Origin: an uncultured Candidatus Saccharibacteria bacterium
GTDB lineage: Bacteria; Patescibacteriota; Minisyncoccia; Minisyncoccales; Staskawiczbacteraceae
Direction: 5' to 3'
Assembly (NCBI GenBank): GCA_964427585.1
Contig: CAYRVC010000002.1
Location: forward strand, 41,513-105,512
Length of the DNA stretch: 64,000 nucleotides
Below are positions 9,688 through 19,729 of the stretch, piece after piece. The notes under the pieces were generated by a model. The model searched no databases. It was not told the origin of the DNA and saw nothing but the letters and a program-made list of their open reading frames with translations. The position numbers were made by a program, and so were the translations under genes. The stretch's first letter is position 1, and each line of letters starts with the position of its first letter.

Positions 9688-10527
9688 TAATTGTTGGGCG
9701 TTCTGGGTTGTGATTTTAGCGATTTTTTCAAAACTGATTCCTTTTAGATTGGAGATTTTTTGAATTATGTATTTTATGAATACGGGCTCGTTGCGAACAT
9801 ATCCTTTAGGCCCCGCCTTTGCTGAAACTTCGGCGGGCAAGGGAGTTAAATACGGACAGTCGGTTTCAACTAAAATCCTGTCTGGCGGGCATTGCTTTAT
9901 GGCTTCATCCATATTGAGTTTAAAAATTATTCCGTTTAAGCCGATATAAAATCCCAATTTTAAATATTCTTCCATTTCAGCCTCTGTTCCTGTAAAACAA
10001 TGTATTACTCCTCGCAATTTTTCTGTTTTAGATTTTAAGATATCCAAGATATCCGCATGCGCCATCCGGCAGTGAACAATAACGGGCAAATTCAATTCTT
10101 CTGCCAACTCAAGCTGTTCGATGAAAACTTTTTTTTGCGAATCCTTGAACTGATGTAATTTTGCATTGGTTTTAGGCCGGTAATAATAATCCAAACCTAT
10201 TTCTCCTATTGCAACTGCTTTTTTGGATTTTGCCAACTCTTTGTATTTTTCTTTGTCAAAACCTTGTTCTTTTGTTAAAAATTCTCCTTCACTTTGGTCG
10301 GTTTTTATTTTTACAAATTCAGTGCCGGCATAAATAGGGTGAAGCCCGATAGCGGCATAAACCCCTTCTTTGTATTTTTCCGCAATCTTAACCGCCTCTT
10401 CGCTTGTTTCATATCTTGTGCCGACATTTATAAGCCAAATATTTTGGCCCAATGTTCTTTTTATAACCTCATCTGAATCTTTTTTAAAAGCTTCAAAATT
10501 AAGATGGCTGTGAGTATCTATAATCAT
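9676..10527 (-). CDS. tatD: TatD-family metal-dependent hydrolase/DNase
   Basis: 283 aa; MIIDTHSHLNF N-terminal metal-binding motif and TIM-barrel hydrolase pattern of TatD. Confidence 0.85.
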   Translation of the reverse strand: MIIDTHSHLNFEAFKKDSDEVIKRTLGQNIWLINVGTRYETSEEAVKIAEKYKEGVYAAIGLHPIYAGTEFVKIKTDQSEGEFLTKEQGFDKEKYKELAKSKKAVAIGEIGLDYYYRPKTNAKLHQFKDSQKKVFIEQLELAEELNLPVIVHCRMAHADILDILKSKTEKLRGVIHCFTGTEAEMEEYLKLGFYIGLNGIIFKLNMDEAIKQCPPDRILVETDCPYLTPLPAEVSAKAGPKGYVRNEPVFIKYIIQKISNLKGISFEKIAKITTQNAQQLFKI

Positions 10528-10606
10528 AAATAATATTTTTTAAAAAAAGATGGCAAACGCCAGGAGGGTTTGCCATATAAAACTATTCAGGCGTTTTGCC
10601 TTTTAA

Positions 10607-10783
10607 TTAATCAAAATCGAGGGGATTGTTCCCTTCTTCTTCCAGCTCTTCCCGCCGAACCGGCACCTCCTTTGGCGCATTTATCCCTACCTTTACCTCC
10701 CGGCCGCGAAGGCTTAAAATAATAATTTCAATATCATCTCTAATGATAATTTTCTCGCCGATTTTTCTGGAAAGAATCAACAT
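10607..10783 (-). CDS. csrA: Carbon storage regulator CsrA
   Basis: Internal start [31 protein letters not shown] matches CsrA family; ORF-track N-terminal extension rejected. Confidence 0.8.
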   Translation of the reverse strand: MLILSRKIGEKIIIRDDIEIIILSLRGREVKVGINAPKEVPVRREELEEEGNNPLDFD

Positions 10784-10880
10784 CTCTTTCTCCCTCCTAA
10801 AGGGAAAGGGGAACCTCACTCCCTCAAACCGTCGTGGTTTGATAACAAAGAGCTGTTATCAGTATATCAGCAAATAAAAA

Positions 10881-12353
10881 TTAGTCAATCTTCGGGAACA
10901 ATGCCGTCCTTTCTTTTGCTTTTAAGGCTTGCCTGATTTTTTCTGAGGTTTCAGGCAGGAACGGGTTTAAAAATTCCGCGGTATTATGCAAGGCATAAAA
11001 CAAATCGCTTATGGCTCCTTGATTTTTTGTTTCCCACAACTTTTCTTCGTTTATGTATTTGTCGCAATAACTTATCAAATCCCAGATTGACGCAAGGGCT
11101 TCGTTGAATTTAAAGTTTTTTAAAGCGGATTCATAATTCCTTTTTATTCGCTTAATCTTTTCTTCTGTTTTTTTTGTTGCCTTGCTTTTTTTAATTTTTA
11201 AATTTTGGGCAATGCCCAAAACCCTTGCCAGCAAGTTTCCCAGTCCTCCCGCCAAATCCGCGTTGTATCTCTGAGTGAATTTTTCATAAGTAAAATCACC
11301 GTCTTCTGCGGCCGGAATTTCCCTTAAAAGATAATACCTTACAGCGTCAGTTCCATATTTTTTTACGAGTTCAAAGGGGTCAATCACATTACCCAGTGAT
11401 TTTGACATCTTCTGTCCGTTTACCGTTATAAATCCATGAATAAAAATTGATTTTGGCAAGGGCAAACCGGCTGATAAAAGCATTGCCGGCCAAAAAATTG
11501 CATGGAATTTTACAATATCTTTGCCTATGAAATGAACGTCAGCCGGCCAATATTTTTTGAATTCTCCGCTGTTTTCATCATAGCCTATGGCAGAAATATA
11601 GTTTGGCAAGGCATCCTGCCAGACGTAAAAAGCCTGGGTTTCGTCGCCTGGCACCGGCCACCCCCAATATTTGTCTTTTAACCTTGAAAAACTGATGTCT
11701 TCCGGCCCCTGTTCTATCATATTTAAAATTTCATTCTTTTTCGTTTCAGGAATAATTTTTATACTGCCGCTTTTTATATTTTTTTTGACTTCAGGCAAAT
11801 ATTTTGAAAGTTTAAAAAAATAGTTTTCTTCTTCCACCATTTCAACTTCTTTCTGATGAATGGAGCATTTATTGCCAAGCAGTTCTTTTTTCGTTTTGAA
11901 AGCCTCGCATCCTGAACAATAAAAACCCTTATATTTCTTTTTATAAATGTCGCCGTTTTCTTTATATCTCTCCCACAGCTTATAAACGGAGGGCAAGTGC
12001 CTTTTTTCGTCCGTGGTTCTGATAAAATCGTCGTTTGATAGATTTAGAAGCTGTTTTAAATCCTTAAATTTCTGCGAAATTTCGTCTGCGTAAACTTTTG
12101 GATCTTTGCCCAAAAACTCCGCCGCTTTCAGTGTTTTTTGGCCGTGCTCGTCTGTGCCCGTAAGAAAAAAAACATCAAAACCTAAAAGCCTATAATATCT
12201 CGCGATAACATCCGCCTGTATAATTTCCAGGGCAAAACCAATATGAGGCAGCGCATTTGTGTAAGGAATACTGGTGGTGATATAGAATTTTTTCTTTTTA
12301 TCTGCCATAATGTATAATTGATATTTTTTTAATTCTATCATAAATTTTAGCAA
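10881..12353 (-). CDS. metG: Methionyl-tRNA synthetase
   Basis: Class I aaRS with PHIGFALE..HGQK and KMSKSLGN motifs; likely true start at internal MADKKKK (nt 12307). Confidence 0.95.
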   Translation of the reverse strand: MLKFMIELKKYQLYIMADKKKKFYITTSIPYTNALPHIGFALEIIQADVIARYYRLLGFDVFFLTGTDEHGQKTLKAAEFLGKDPKVYADEISQKFKDLKQLLNLSNDDFIRTTDEKRHLPSVYKLWERYKENGDIYKKKYKGFYCSGCEAFKTKKELLGNKCSIHQKEVEMVEEENYFFKLSKYLPEVKKNIKSGSIKIIPETKKNEILNMIEQGPEDISFSRLKDKYWGWPVPGDETQAFYVWQDALPNYISAIGYDENSGEFKKYWPADVHFIGKDIVKFHAIFWPAMLLSAGLPLPKSIFIHGFITVNGQKMSKSLGNVIDPFELVKKYGTDAVRYYLLREIPAAEDGDFTYEKFTQRYNADLAGGLGNLLARVLGIAQNLKIKKSKATKKTEEKIKRIKRNYESALKNFKFNEALASIWDLISYCDKYINEEKLWETKNQGAISDLFYALHNTAEFLNPFLPETSEKIRQALKAKERTALFPKID

Positions 12354-12359
12354 TTTTCC

Positions 12360-12845
12360 ATGATTTTAACTCCTCATTTGGTTTTCGGGGCGGCTGTCGG
12401 GTCTTTGGCAAAAAATCCCTTTTTGGCTGTTGCTTTGGCTTTTTTAAGCCACTATGTTCTGGATATGATCCCCCACGCAGACTATTCAATCAATAATATC
12501 AGGGCAAAACAGTGGCAAAAAATTATGCCGGACTGCCTGAAAGTATTTGCCGACTTTTCTTTGGGGATTACGCTGATTTTCATTTTTTCTGGCAACCAGC
12601 CTATTGTTTATATTTCAGCCTTTTTTTCCATTTTAAGCGACGGGTTTGATTTATTAAGCCTATTTTTTAAAGCCGGGATTCTAACCTGGCACGGCAAAAT
12701 ACACAAAGAAAAAGTTCACTCTTTAAGCAGTGAAAATATGGCAAAAATTGGCAAGAGTAATATAAAAATTTCCCTTTTTTGGAGAATTTTAAGCCAAATA
12801 GCAATAATTGTTATTTCCGTCGCCATAATGGCAACGCCGGCATGA
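12360..12845 (+). CDS. Membrane protein, YdjM/DUF457-like putative metal-dependent hydrolase
   Basis: 161 aa, 4-5 TM helices, HYVLDMIPHADY histidine/aspartate motif. Confidence 0.35.
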   Translation: MILTPHLVFGAAVGSLAKNPFLAVALAFLSHYVLDMIPHADYSINNIRAKQWQKIMPDCLKVFADFSLGITLIFIFSGNQPIVYISAFFSILSDGFDLLSLFFKAGILTWHGKIHKEKVHSLSSENMAKIGKSNIKISLFWRILSQIAIIVISVAIMATPA

Positions 12846-12902
12846 AACATAAAATAAAACTCCGGCTTTTTAAAGCCGGAATTTTTTATAAAAAAATACT
12901 TG

Positions 12903-13934
12903 CTATTCAGTTTGGACTGCTTCTTCCCTTCTTTTCTCCAGATATTCTTTAAGGAATTCATAAACAATGGCGAAAACCGGCACGGCAAAAATCGTTCCCA
13001 AAAAACCCAACAGCTGAGAGCCCATCAGCAAAGCGATTAAAACCAGGGCCGGAGGAAGATTGATCATTTTTTTCATCAGCACGGGCGTCAAAAGATTGTT
13101 ATCAATAACCTGAATAGCGATTATGGAAACAAAAACATAAAACAGCACTATAAAAGAGTTTGAAGAAACAGCCACGAACACAACCAATAAAATGCTTGTT
13201 ACCAAAGGCCCTATATACGGCACAAAATTCAAAATGCCCGACAGCAAAGCCAGCATAAAGGCGTATTTTACGTCAAACATATAAAGAATAATGAAAGAAG
13301 ACACTCCCACAAACAAGCAAGAGAGCAATCTGGCTCCGAACCATCCGGCAACTTTTCTCTGAGACTTTTCAAAAAGGGCAATTATATATTCTTCGTATTT
13401 TTTGGGGGTCAGGATAATCAAAACCCTTTCAGGTCCCTTTTCTTCCAAGGACAAGAAGAAAGCAAGCGTTAATATGAAAATAGCCGAGGAAACTCCGCCA
13501 AAAAAGGCAAGCAAGGCTGAAATAATTCCCGTAGAACTCCGTTCCAAACCTTTTGTAAGGGCCTGGGTCAGATCGGTAAAAACATACTCTGTGTCAACGC
13601 CGAACTGCCGCAAAAGCGGGTCGACTTTTTCAAAATAATCAGGAAGGTTTTGGGAAAACTGTTTTAGCTCAAAGATAAAAATAGGAGCTGTAATATATAT
13701 CAAAAGGCCCAAAAAACCGAAAATAGACAGATAAATCAGCATTATAGCCAATAGTTTTGGCAGGCGCATCCATCTTAAAAAATTGATTGCCGGCTCCAGC
13801 AGAACTGAAATGATAAGAGCGAAAAAGAACCAAATGGCAACGTCTTTTGTCAGATAAATTACGTAAAAAACAAAAGCGGCTATAAAAACTTTTATTATAG
13901 CCTCCACCGAGATATTCAATGAATGTTCGCTCAT
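12903..13934 (-). CDS. AI-2E family transporter (UPF0118)
   Basis: 343 aa, ~8 TM helices, topology and conserved mid-region typical of AI-2E/PerM permeases. Confidence 0.7.
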   Translation of the reverse strand: MSEHSLNISVEAIIKVFIAAFVFYVIYLTKDVAIWFFFALIISVLLEPAINFLRWMRLPKLLAIMLIYLSIFGFLGLLIYITAPIFIFELKQFSQNLPDYFEKVDPLLRQFGVDTEYVFTDLTQALTKGLERSSTGIISALLAFFGGVSSAIFILTLAFFLSLEEKGPERVLIILTPKKYEEYIIALFEKSQRKVAGWFGARLLSCLFVGVSSFIILYMFDVKYAFMLALLSGILNFVPYIGPLVTSILLVVFVAVSSNSFIVLFYVFVSIIAIQVIDNNLLTPVLMKKMINLPPALVLIALLMGSQLLGFLGTIFAVPVFAIVYEFLKEYLEKRREEAVQTE

Positions 13935-13937
13935 ACC

Positions 13938-15209
13938 TTATATTTTTAGTATTTGTTCAAACTTGTTTTTTTCCTTTTCTTCGAAGGGCCCGATAGCGAC
14001 AAGGTTTAATTTTTCGGGAACGAATATTTCCTGCGCCACTTTCTTTATATCATTTGCAGAAATTTGGTCAATTATTTTGAATTTTTCCTCCGGCGTTAAA
14101 ATAACGCCTTCCAGCAGATCCTGCCATGCGTAAAAATCAGCCTGGTTGTCCGACGACTCCAAAGACAAAGACAATGTGCCTTTCAGATAATCTTTTGCTT
14201 TCTGCAGTTCATCTCCGGAAATTTTTTTCTCTTTTAGCAGTTTGTACTCCCTTAAAGTCAAATTAACCGCCTTTTCCAAATTTTTGTGGTCAACCCCGGC
14301 AGAAGTGACAAGGTATCCAGTATCGGTAAAGCTGTTGGCTGAAGTATGGATGTAATAAGTCAGGCCGTTCTTTTCCCTTACATTGATAAAAAGCCTGGAG
14401 CTCATGTTTCCCCCCAGTATTATGGACAAAAGAATAAGGGCGTATTTTTGGGGATGGAAAATATCATATGCCCTTACCCCAAGGCAAAAATGCGTCTGGT
14501 CTGTTTTTTTATGGTAAAGCAGGGATTCGGGCTTATTCTGCTCCTCCCTTACTTTAATCTTCTGCCTGATTTTGTTTTTTAAAATATTTTTAAAATATTT
14601 TTCTATTTTAGGCTTAATGTCCTTTTCATCAATATCGCCCGCAACGCACACAACGGTATTTTCAGACGAATATTGGTTTTTATAATAATCCTTTATCTTC
14701 TGCCTGTTGAATTTCAATATGTTTTCCTTTTCGCCTATTACTTTCCAGCCGGCCGGCTGGTCTTTATACAAAAGCTCTTCCCAAAGGTCTCCGATGTAAG
14801 AGGTGGGAGTGTCTAAATACATGTTTAATTCTTCGATAACCACTCCTTTTTCCTTTTCTATTTCTTTCTCTGGAAATTTGGAATTTAAAAAAATATCGGA
14901 AATCCAATCCAAAGATACATCCAAGTGGCTTTTGCCCGTTTTCGCCCAAAATCCGGTAACTTCTTTTGAAGTAAAAGCGTTATATACTCCCCCGACCCTG
15001 TCGAGAACTTCGGCAATCTTCAAGGTGCTTTTTCTTTTTGCCGTGCCCTTAAAAAACATGTGCTCTAAAAAATGGGATATGCCGTTTATTTCTTTTGTTT
15101 CGTATTTAGACCCGGTCCCCACCAAAATCAAAACCGTGTAGCTTTTTGAATTCTTTAAGGGAACCGTAATCAGCCTCAAGCCGTTTTTAAAAGTAGTTTT
15201 TTTATACAT
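13938..15209 (-). CDS. M16-family zinc peptidase (pitrilysin/insulinase-like)
   Basis: 423 aa; inverted zinc-binding motif HFLEHMFFKGT (HxxEH). Confidence 0.8.
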   Translation of the reverse strand: MYKKTTFKNGLRLITVPLKNSKSYTVLILVGTGSKYETKEINGISHFLEHMFFKGTAKRKSTLKIAEVLDRVGGVYNAFTSKEVTGFWAKTGKSHLDVSLDWISDIFLNSKFPEKEIEKEKGVVIEELNMYLDTPTSYIGDLWEELLYKDQPAGWKVIGEKENILKFNRQKIKDYYKNQYSSENTVVCVAGDIDEKDIKPKIEKYFKNILKNKIRQKIKVREEQNKPESLLYHKKTDQTHFCLGVRAYDIFHPQKYALILLSIILGGNMSSRLFINVREKNGLTYYIHTSANSFTDTGYLVTSAGVDHKNLEKAVNLTLREYKLLKEKKISGDELQKAKDYLKGTLSLSLESSDNQADFYAWQDLLEGVILTPEEKFKIIDQISANDIKKVAQEIFVPEKLNLVAIGPFEEKEKNKFEQILKI

Positions 15210-15239
15210 AGCTGTTTTCTAATAATAAACTATTTTTCA

Positions 15240-16178
15240 TTAAAATAACATCACTGCTGTCGCAATAACCAAAATCCAGTAAATAAACCCGAGCGTTCTT
15301 AAATATTTTATTTCTGTTTTTATTACTCCTGAAACTTTCAAATAAATTGCCGCTAAAGGAGGAGCGGCAAAAAAAATCAAAGGCAGAAATTTTACCGGCA
15401 GGCTCCCTAAAAACCCGATATTAAAAACAGAATTCAGGCACATTAAAATAAAAGAAAAAACAGCTAAAACCCAGAAAAAAACAGACAATAAAATTACGGT
15501 TCTTTTTGAAAGAGATGTGATGGAATTTTTTATGTTTGCTTTTTTAAAATATGCCCTGTCCGCCTCTTTATAAAGCAGGTAGCCGGCCGCTTTGGCTACA
15601 ACCAATCCTGATATGGCCAAAAACGGCGGGAAAGATTCAGAAAAGATAAACCAGGCTGCGGCAAACCTGAAAAAATAAGTGAAAACAGCTCCGAATAAAA
15701 CATCCAGCAGGGGCTTTTCTTTAAACCTGGTGCCTTTCATAGAATAAAAAAAACCGGACAAAAATAAAAGCGACAAAGCGGAAAAAAAATAAGCGTTTAT
15801 AAAAAGCCCTGCCGCAAAACCCGCCAAAGCCAGAACGAAAAAGATATTGGTCGAAGTTTTTTGGCCGAAATATTCAACGGCCTTTGCGTAATATTCTTTG
15901 TTTTTGTTTTCTTTGTCTATCTCCTTATCATAGAAACTGTTTTGAAGATACATTGCCGAAGAAACAAAAGAAAGGGAAACTATTCCCAAAACAGCGGGCC
16001 AAAGATATTTCCCGGCTTCAGTTCCGGATAAATAAAAAGCCAGCAAAACCAAAGCAATATTTTTAATATTGCTCAACGGCCTTGCCAGATTTGAAAAATT
16101 TGTTAAAAATTCATTATTTTTCAAGGCAGTATATTGCGCGTTTAACGCCAAAGGGAGAATTATGGTATTTGGCGTCAA
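15240..16178 (-). CDS. UbiA-family prenyltransferase (membrane)
   Basis: 312 aa polytopic; NSFYDKEID fits NxxxDxxxD Mg-binding motif of UbiA superfamily. Confidence 0.55.
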   Translation of the reverse strand: MTPNTIILPLALNAQYTALKNNEFLTNFSNLARPLSNIKNIALVLLAFYLSGTEAGKYLWPAVLGIVSLSFVSSAMYLQNSFYDKEIDKENKNKEYYAKAVEYFGQKTSTNIFFVLALAGFAAGLFINAYFFSALSLLFLSGFFYSMKGTRFKEKPLLDVLFGAVFTYFFRFAAAWFIFSESFPPFLAISGLVVAKAAGYLLYKEADRAYFKKANIKNSITSLSKRTVILLSVFFWVLAVFSFILMCLNSVFNIGFLGSLPVKFLPLIFFAAPPLAAIYLKVSGVIKTEIKYLRTLGFIYWILVIATAVMLF

Positions 16179-16689
16179 GCAGCTTTAAATTCATTCCATC
16201 AAATATTTCTTTCCATTCCCTGTCTTTTTTATTTGTGTGCGCCAAGCTAAATTTCAAATTGAGCAGTTTATCAATAAAATAAGCCAGGTATTTATTAAAC
16301 ATATTGGTATAAATATCTTCTATGACGATAATTTTTTTCGATGTTCTTTTGGCCTCTTTTAAAATTTTTTCGGGAAAGGGAGTATGATGGAGAACGGTTA
16401 AAACCAAGGAGGCGGCAAACTCGTCTTTTTTAAACGGCATTTTGCTTCCGTTATAAATTATCGGTTTTATCTTTTTAGCAAAGCTTAAATCCTCAACATC
16501 AATCGGCGTTATGCTGCAACCCTGCCTTTCAAGCAACTCTGAAACCATGCATGAACCTGCCCCAATGTCCAAAATTCTGCCGTTTTTATCCAGGTACGGC
16601 TTTATTGTTTCAATCCTGTCTTCAGCCCCCTTCTTTTTTATTTTCCGGATTATCCCCTTAAAAAATTTATTTTTCTGAAAGTAATTCAT
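16114..16689 (-). CDS. Class I SAM-dependent methyltransferase
   Basis: 191 aa; motif I ILDIGAGSCMVSELL; 5' end overlaps neighbours, start may be internal. Confidence 0.65.
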   Translation of the reverse strand: MNYFQKNKFFKGIIRKIKKKGAEDRIETIKPYLDKNGRILDIGAGSCMVSELLERQGCSITPIDVEDLSFAKKIKPIIYNGSKMPFKKDEFAASLVLTVLHHTPFPEKILKEAKRTSKKIIVIEDIYTNMFNKYLAYFIDKLLNLKFSLAHTNKKDREWKEIFDGMNLKLLDAKYHNSPFGVKRAIYCLEK

Positions 16690-18028
16690 TCAATAACCTT
16701 GTTAATTCGTTTATTTTTACTCTTTCTTGCTTCATTGTGTCGCGGTTCCTGATTGTTACATCATTATTTTTTAAAGAGTCGAAGTCGATCGTAATACAGA
16801 AAGGCGTGCCTAATTCGTCTTGACTGTAATATCGTTTTCCGATGTTTCCCCTGTCGTCGAACGCTGTGACAAAATTTTTTTTCAGCATATCGTAAACTTC
16901 TTTGGCTTTTTTAACCAATTCCGGTTTATTTCTTAATAATGGAAAAACAGCAACCTTATACGGCGCCAAGCCGGGCTTTAATTTTAAAACAATCCTGTCT
17001 TTTTCTTCTGTGTAGGCATCACATAAAACAGCTAAAACCGACCTGTCTAATCCCCAAGTCGGCTCTATAACATGGGGGTAAAATTTTTCTTTTGACTCTG
17101 CGTCTTCATACGGCGGCTCTGTGAAATGATTTTTCAAGTCAAAATCAGTTCTGTAGGCCAAACCATAAAGCTCGTCCCTGCCAAACGGAAAATCATATTC
17201 GAAATCTATGGTCTTTTTTGAATAATGCGCCCTTTTACTATCTGGCACATTCAATTCATGGATATTTTCTTTATCTAATCCAATTTCATCTGTTATCCAT
17301 AACCACATTTCTTTTTTCCACTCTTCAAAACTTTTTTCCCAATTTTCTTTTTTTACAAAATATTCTATCTCCATTTGTTCAAACTCTCTTGTGCGGAAAA
17401 TAAAGTTTCCCGGGGTAATTTCGTTTCTGAAGGCCTTTCCTGTTTGGGCAATTCCAAAAGGAATTTTTTTTCTTGAGGTTTCCAAAACATTCTTAAAATC
17501 CACAAACATTGCCTGCGCCGTTTCCGGCCTGAAATAAACAGTATTTTCAGCGCTTTCAACCGGTCCCAAAAAAGTTTTCAGCATTAAATTAAATTGTTTT
17601 GACGCTGTCAATTCTCCTCCGCAATCGGGACACTTATTTTTTTCCAAATGATCTTTCCTGAATCTGTGATGGCATTTTTTACATTCAACCAGCGGATCGT
17701 TGAAGGTTTCCAAATGGCCTGAATTTTCCCATACTTTTGTATTCATTATTAAAGCCGCGTCTATACCGACCATGTCGTCTCTCTCGTGGACAAAATGCTT
17801 CCACCAAAGATTTTTTATATTATTTTTCAATTCAACTCCCAGGGGTCCGTAATCAAACGAATTTGCCAAGCCGCCGTATATTTCAGACCCCGGAAAAACA
17901 AAACCTCTTCTTTTGCACAAGGATATGATTTTATTCATTAACTCGGCGTTATTTTCCTCTTTTTTCATAATAAAATATTTTATGTTTTTATTTAGTGCGG
18001 TTTTTTCACTCGAGTGAAAAAACCGCAC
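16667..18028 (-). CDS. glyQS: Glycyl-tRNA synthetase (dimeric class II, GlyQS type)
   Basis: 453 aa; N-terminal ..CKRRGFVFPGSEIYGGLANSFDYGPLG and class II motifs; start probably at internal Met (MKKEENN or MNKIISL). Confidence 0.9.
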   Translation of the reverse strand: MRFFHSSEKTALNKNIKYFIMKKEENNAELMNKIISLCKRRGFVFPGSEIYGGLANSFDYGPLGVELKNNIKNLWWKHFVHERDDMVGIDAALIMNTKVWENSGHLETFNDPLVECKKCHHRFRKDHLEKNKCPDCGGELTASKQFNLMLKTFLGPVESAENTVYFRPETAQAMFVDFKNVLETSRKKIPFGIAQTGKAFRNEITPGNFIFRTREFEQMEIEYFVKKENWEKSFEEWKKEMWLWITDEIGLDKENIHELNVPDSKRAHYSKKTIDFEYDFPFGRDELYGLAYRTDFDLKNHFTEPPYEDAESKEKFYPHVIEPTWGLDRSVLAVLCDAYTEEKDRIVLKLKPGLAPYKVAVFPLLRNKPELVKKAKEVYDMLKKNFVTAFDDRGNIGKRYYSQDELGTPFCITIDFDSLKNNDVTIRNRDTMKQERVKINELTRLLNELLSEK

Positions 18029-18064
18029 TTTTTATGTTTTTTTAAGGTCTTTATATTCCTGGTT

Positions 18065-19720
18065 TTATCGCACCGTTCCGCCAAAAGCGGAGTCGTCTGG
18101 AAGGCTGGTGTTTATTAATGGCCCCTCTCCTGTAATTACGGATCCCGTAAACTGGTCTTCGCCCGTGGCTAAAACATCCCCTATAATTTGAGCTGAAAAT
18201 CCTTTCTGGGAAAACGAGGGCACTATTGAAACCTGAAAAGATATTGAAGGCGAAGCGCTGGAAATTCCGGCTCCGGCCGCAATATCGCCGGCCGACCATA
18301 ATATTTCCCTAGTGGCGCTGTCAAAAGAAAAATTGGAAAATTCGCTTTCCGGAAAAACCTTTCCCGTCAATGTCGCGTTTTCCGGTAAAAATGCCCTCGC
18401 CTTCGCGTTTTTGACATCGTTAAAATAATTTTTGATGTTCCAGGTTATGGTATAAGAGGTGGGTTGGCCGGCCTCTGGAGGAGTGGGGCCCGAATTTACG
18501 ATCGGAGAATTCTGATAATATCCTTTTTGGGAAATCTCCAGTTTTGAATTGACTTTGGTTAAAAATTCCTGGCTGATCTGGGATACGCTTATATTGCTTT
18601 TTATCGACGTGCTGTTTTTTTCAGAATAAGAAGGCGTCCAGTCGTCTTTAAGTTTTAAATCAAATTCCACTTTTTTTTCTTCCTGCACGTCCAGCCGCCT
18701 TAAAATGGAAACTTGCTTTGGGTCAAAAACGATGAGACGGCTGTCCGGCCTGATCTGGGCGTAGCTCGCCCTTATCGATGAAAAATCAACGGCAGAACCT
18801 TCAATTTTAGCCATTAAAAAAAGGTTTTCAAACGGAGTGGGGCCGATGTTCCGGAAAAAAATCTCGTAATGGAGCCTTTCTCCCGGGCTGGCCGTATAAT
18901 TCAACGACCCGTTGATAATCTGCGATATGAAGAGCTGGGGCTCTATAACCTCCACTTCTTTTTCCGCCTCTTTTATCACAATGAATTCGTCGTCAAGCCA
19001 TACGCCGATTTTCGCCTTAAAATTCAAACGGCTTCTCGTTTCGCCGATGATTTTTCCTTTTACCACTATTCTTCCGCCTTCCGCTTTGTTCAATTTTTGG
19101 ATTTTCCATTCCGATTTGTCCAGAGAGGGCGGATTAGATTCCTCAAAATCAAAGCCGTTCACCGCCTCTATTTTAACGCTTAAATTTTCAAATGGATAAT
19201 CCACGTTGGAAAAATAATTAACCGAATACTGGATTTCCTTACCCTTTTCCGCCTTGGAGGGCAGGTCAAAATCCAAAGTTATCGGCGTGGTTTCAATTTT
19301 AGCGGTGAAAGTGGTGTCTGTTTCATAGCGCGCTGAAAGATTTTTGGGTATATATGATATTGATGCTTTGGCCACTTTCAAGTCGCCTTCCTTTCCTAAA
19401 AGCCGGCCCTTGAACTTCAAAAATTCCTCGTCGCCAGGATATATGTCCTTCAGCTCTTGGGTTATCCTTGTTTTGCCGCCTTCAGTCAAAGAGCTTTCCG
19501 GAAATTCAAAAACAAGCCTTGGCTGTTCCAAAACAAAATTTCCGTTGTTTTTATATTTGACAGTATATTCGATTTCTTCGCCTGTTTTGGCAAGGTCTTT
19601 GCTTAAAATATCTATTTTTAAAACCTCTTTTGAAAAAACCCTTTCCCTGTAGAACCAAAAGCCCAATCCTCCGGCAATGATGATTAAAAAAAGCATTAGA
19701 TAAACAATTATTTTATTCAT
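18065..19720 (-). CDS. Hypothetical membrane-anchored extracytoplasmic protein
   Basis: 551 aa; N-terminal TM helix then beta-rich repetitive region; no recognisable catalytic motif. Confidence 0.5.
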   Translation of the reverse strand: MNKIIVYLMLFLIIIAGGLGFWFYRERVFSKEVLKIDILSKDLAKTGEEIEYTVKYKNNGNFVLEQPRLVFEFPESSLTEGGKTRITQELKDIYPGDEEFLKFKGRLLGKEGDLKVAKASISYIPKNLSARYETDTTFTAKIETTPITLDFDLPSKAEKGKEIQYSVNYFSNVDYPFENLSVKIEAVNGFDFEESNPPSLDKSEWKIQKLNKAEGGRIVVKGKIIGETRSRLNFKAKIGVWLDDEFIVIKEAEKEVEVIEPQLFISQIINGSLNYTASPGERLHYEIFFRNIGPTPFENLFLMAKIEGSAVDFSSIRASYAQIRPDSRLIVFDPKQVSILRRLDVQEEKKVEFDLKLKDDWTPSYSEKNSTSIKSNISVSQISQEFLTKVNSKLEISQKGYYQNSPIVNSGPTPPEAGQPTSYTITWNIKNYFNDVKNAKARAFLPENATLTGKVFPESEFSNFSFDSATREILWSAGDIAAGAGISSASPSISFQVSIVPSFSQKGFSAQIIGDVLATGEDQFTGSVITGEGPLINTSLPDDSAFGGTVR

Positions 19721-19729
19721 AGAGCGTTT

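Noticed and set aside
12716-12988. 90-aa minus-strand ORF overlapping the ends of two annotated genes
   Set aside because: It overlaps the 3' end of the plus-strand membrane protein gene and the 3' end of the AI-2E transporter gene. It has no motif and is probably spurious.
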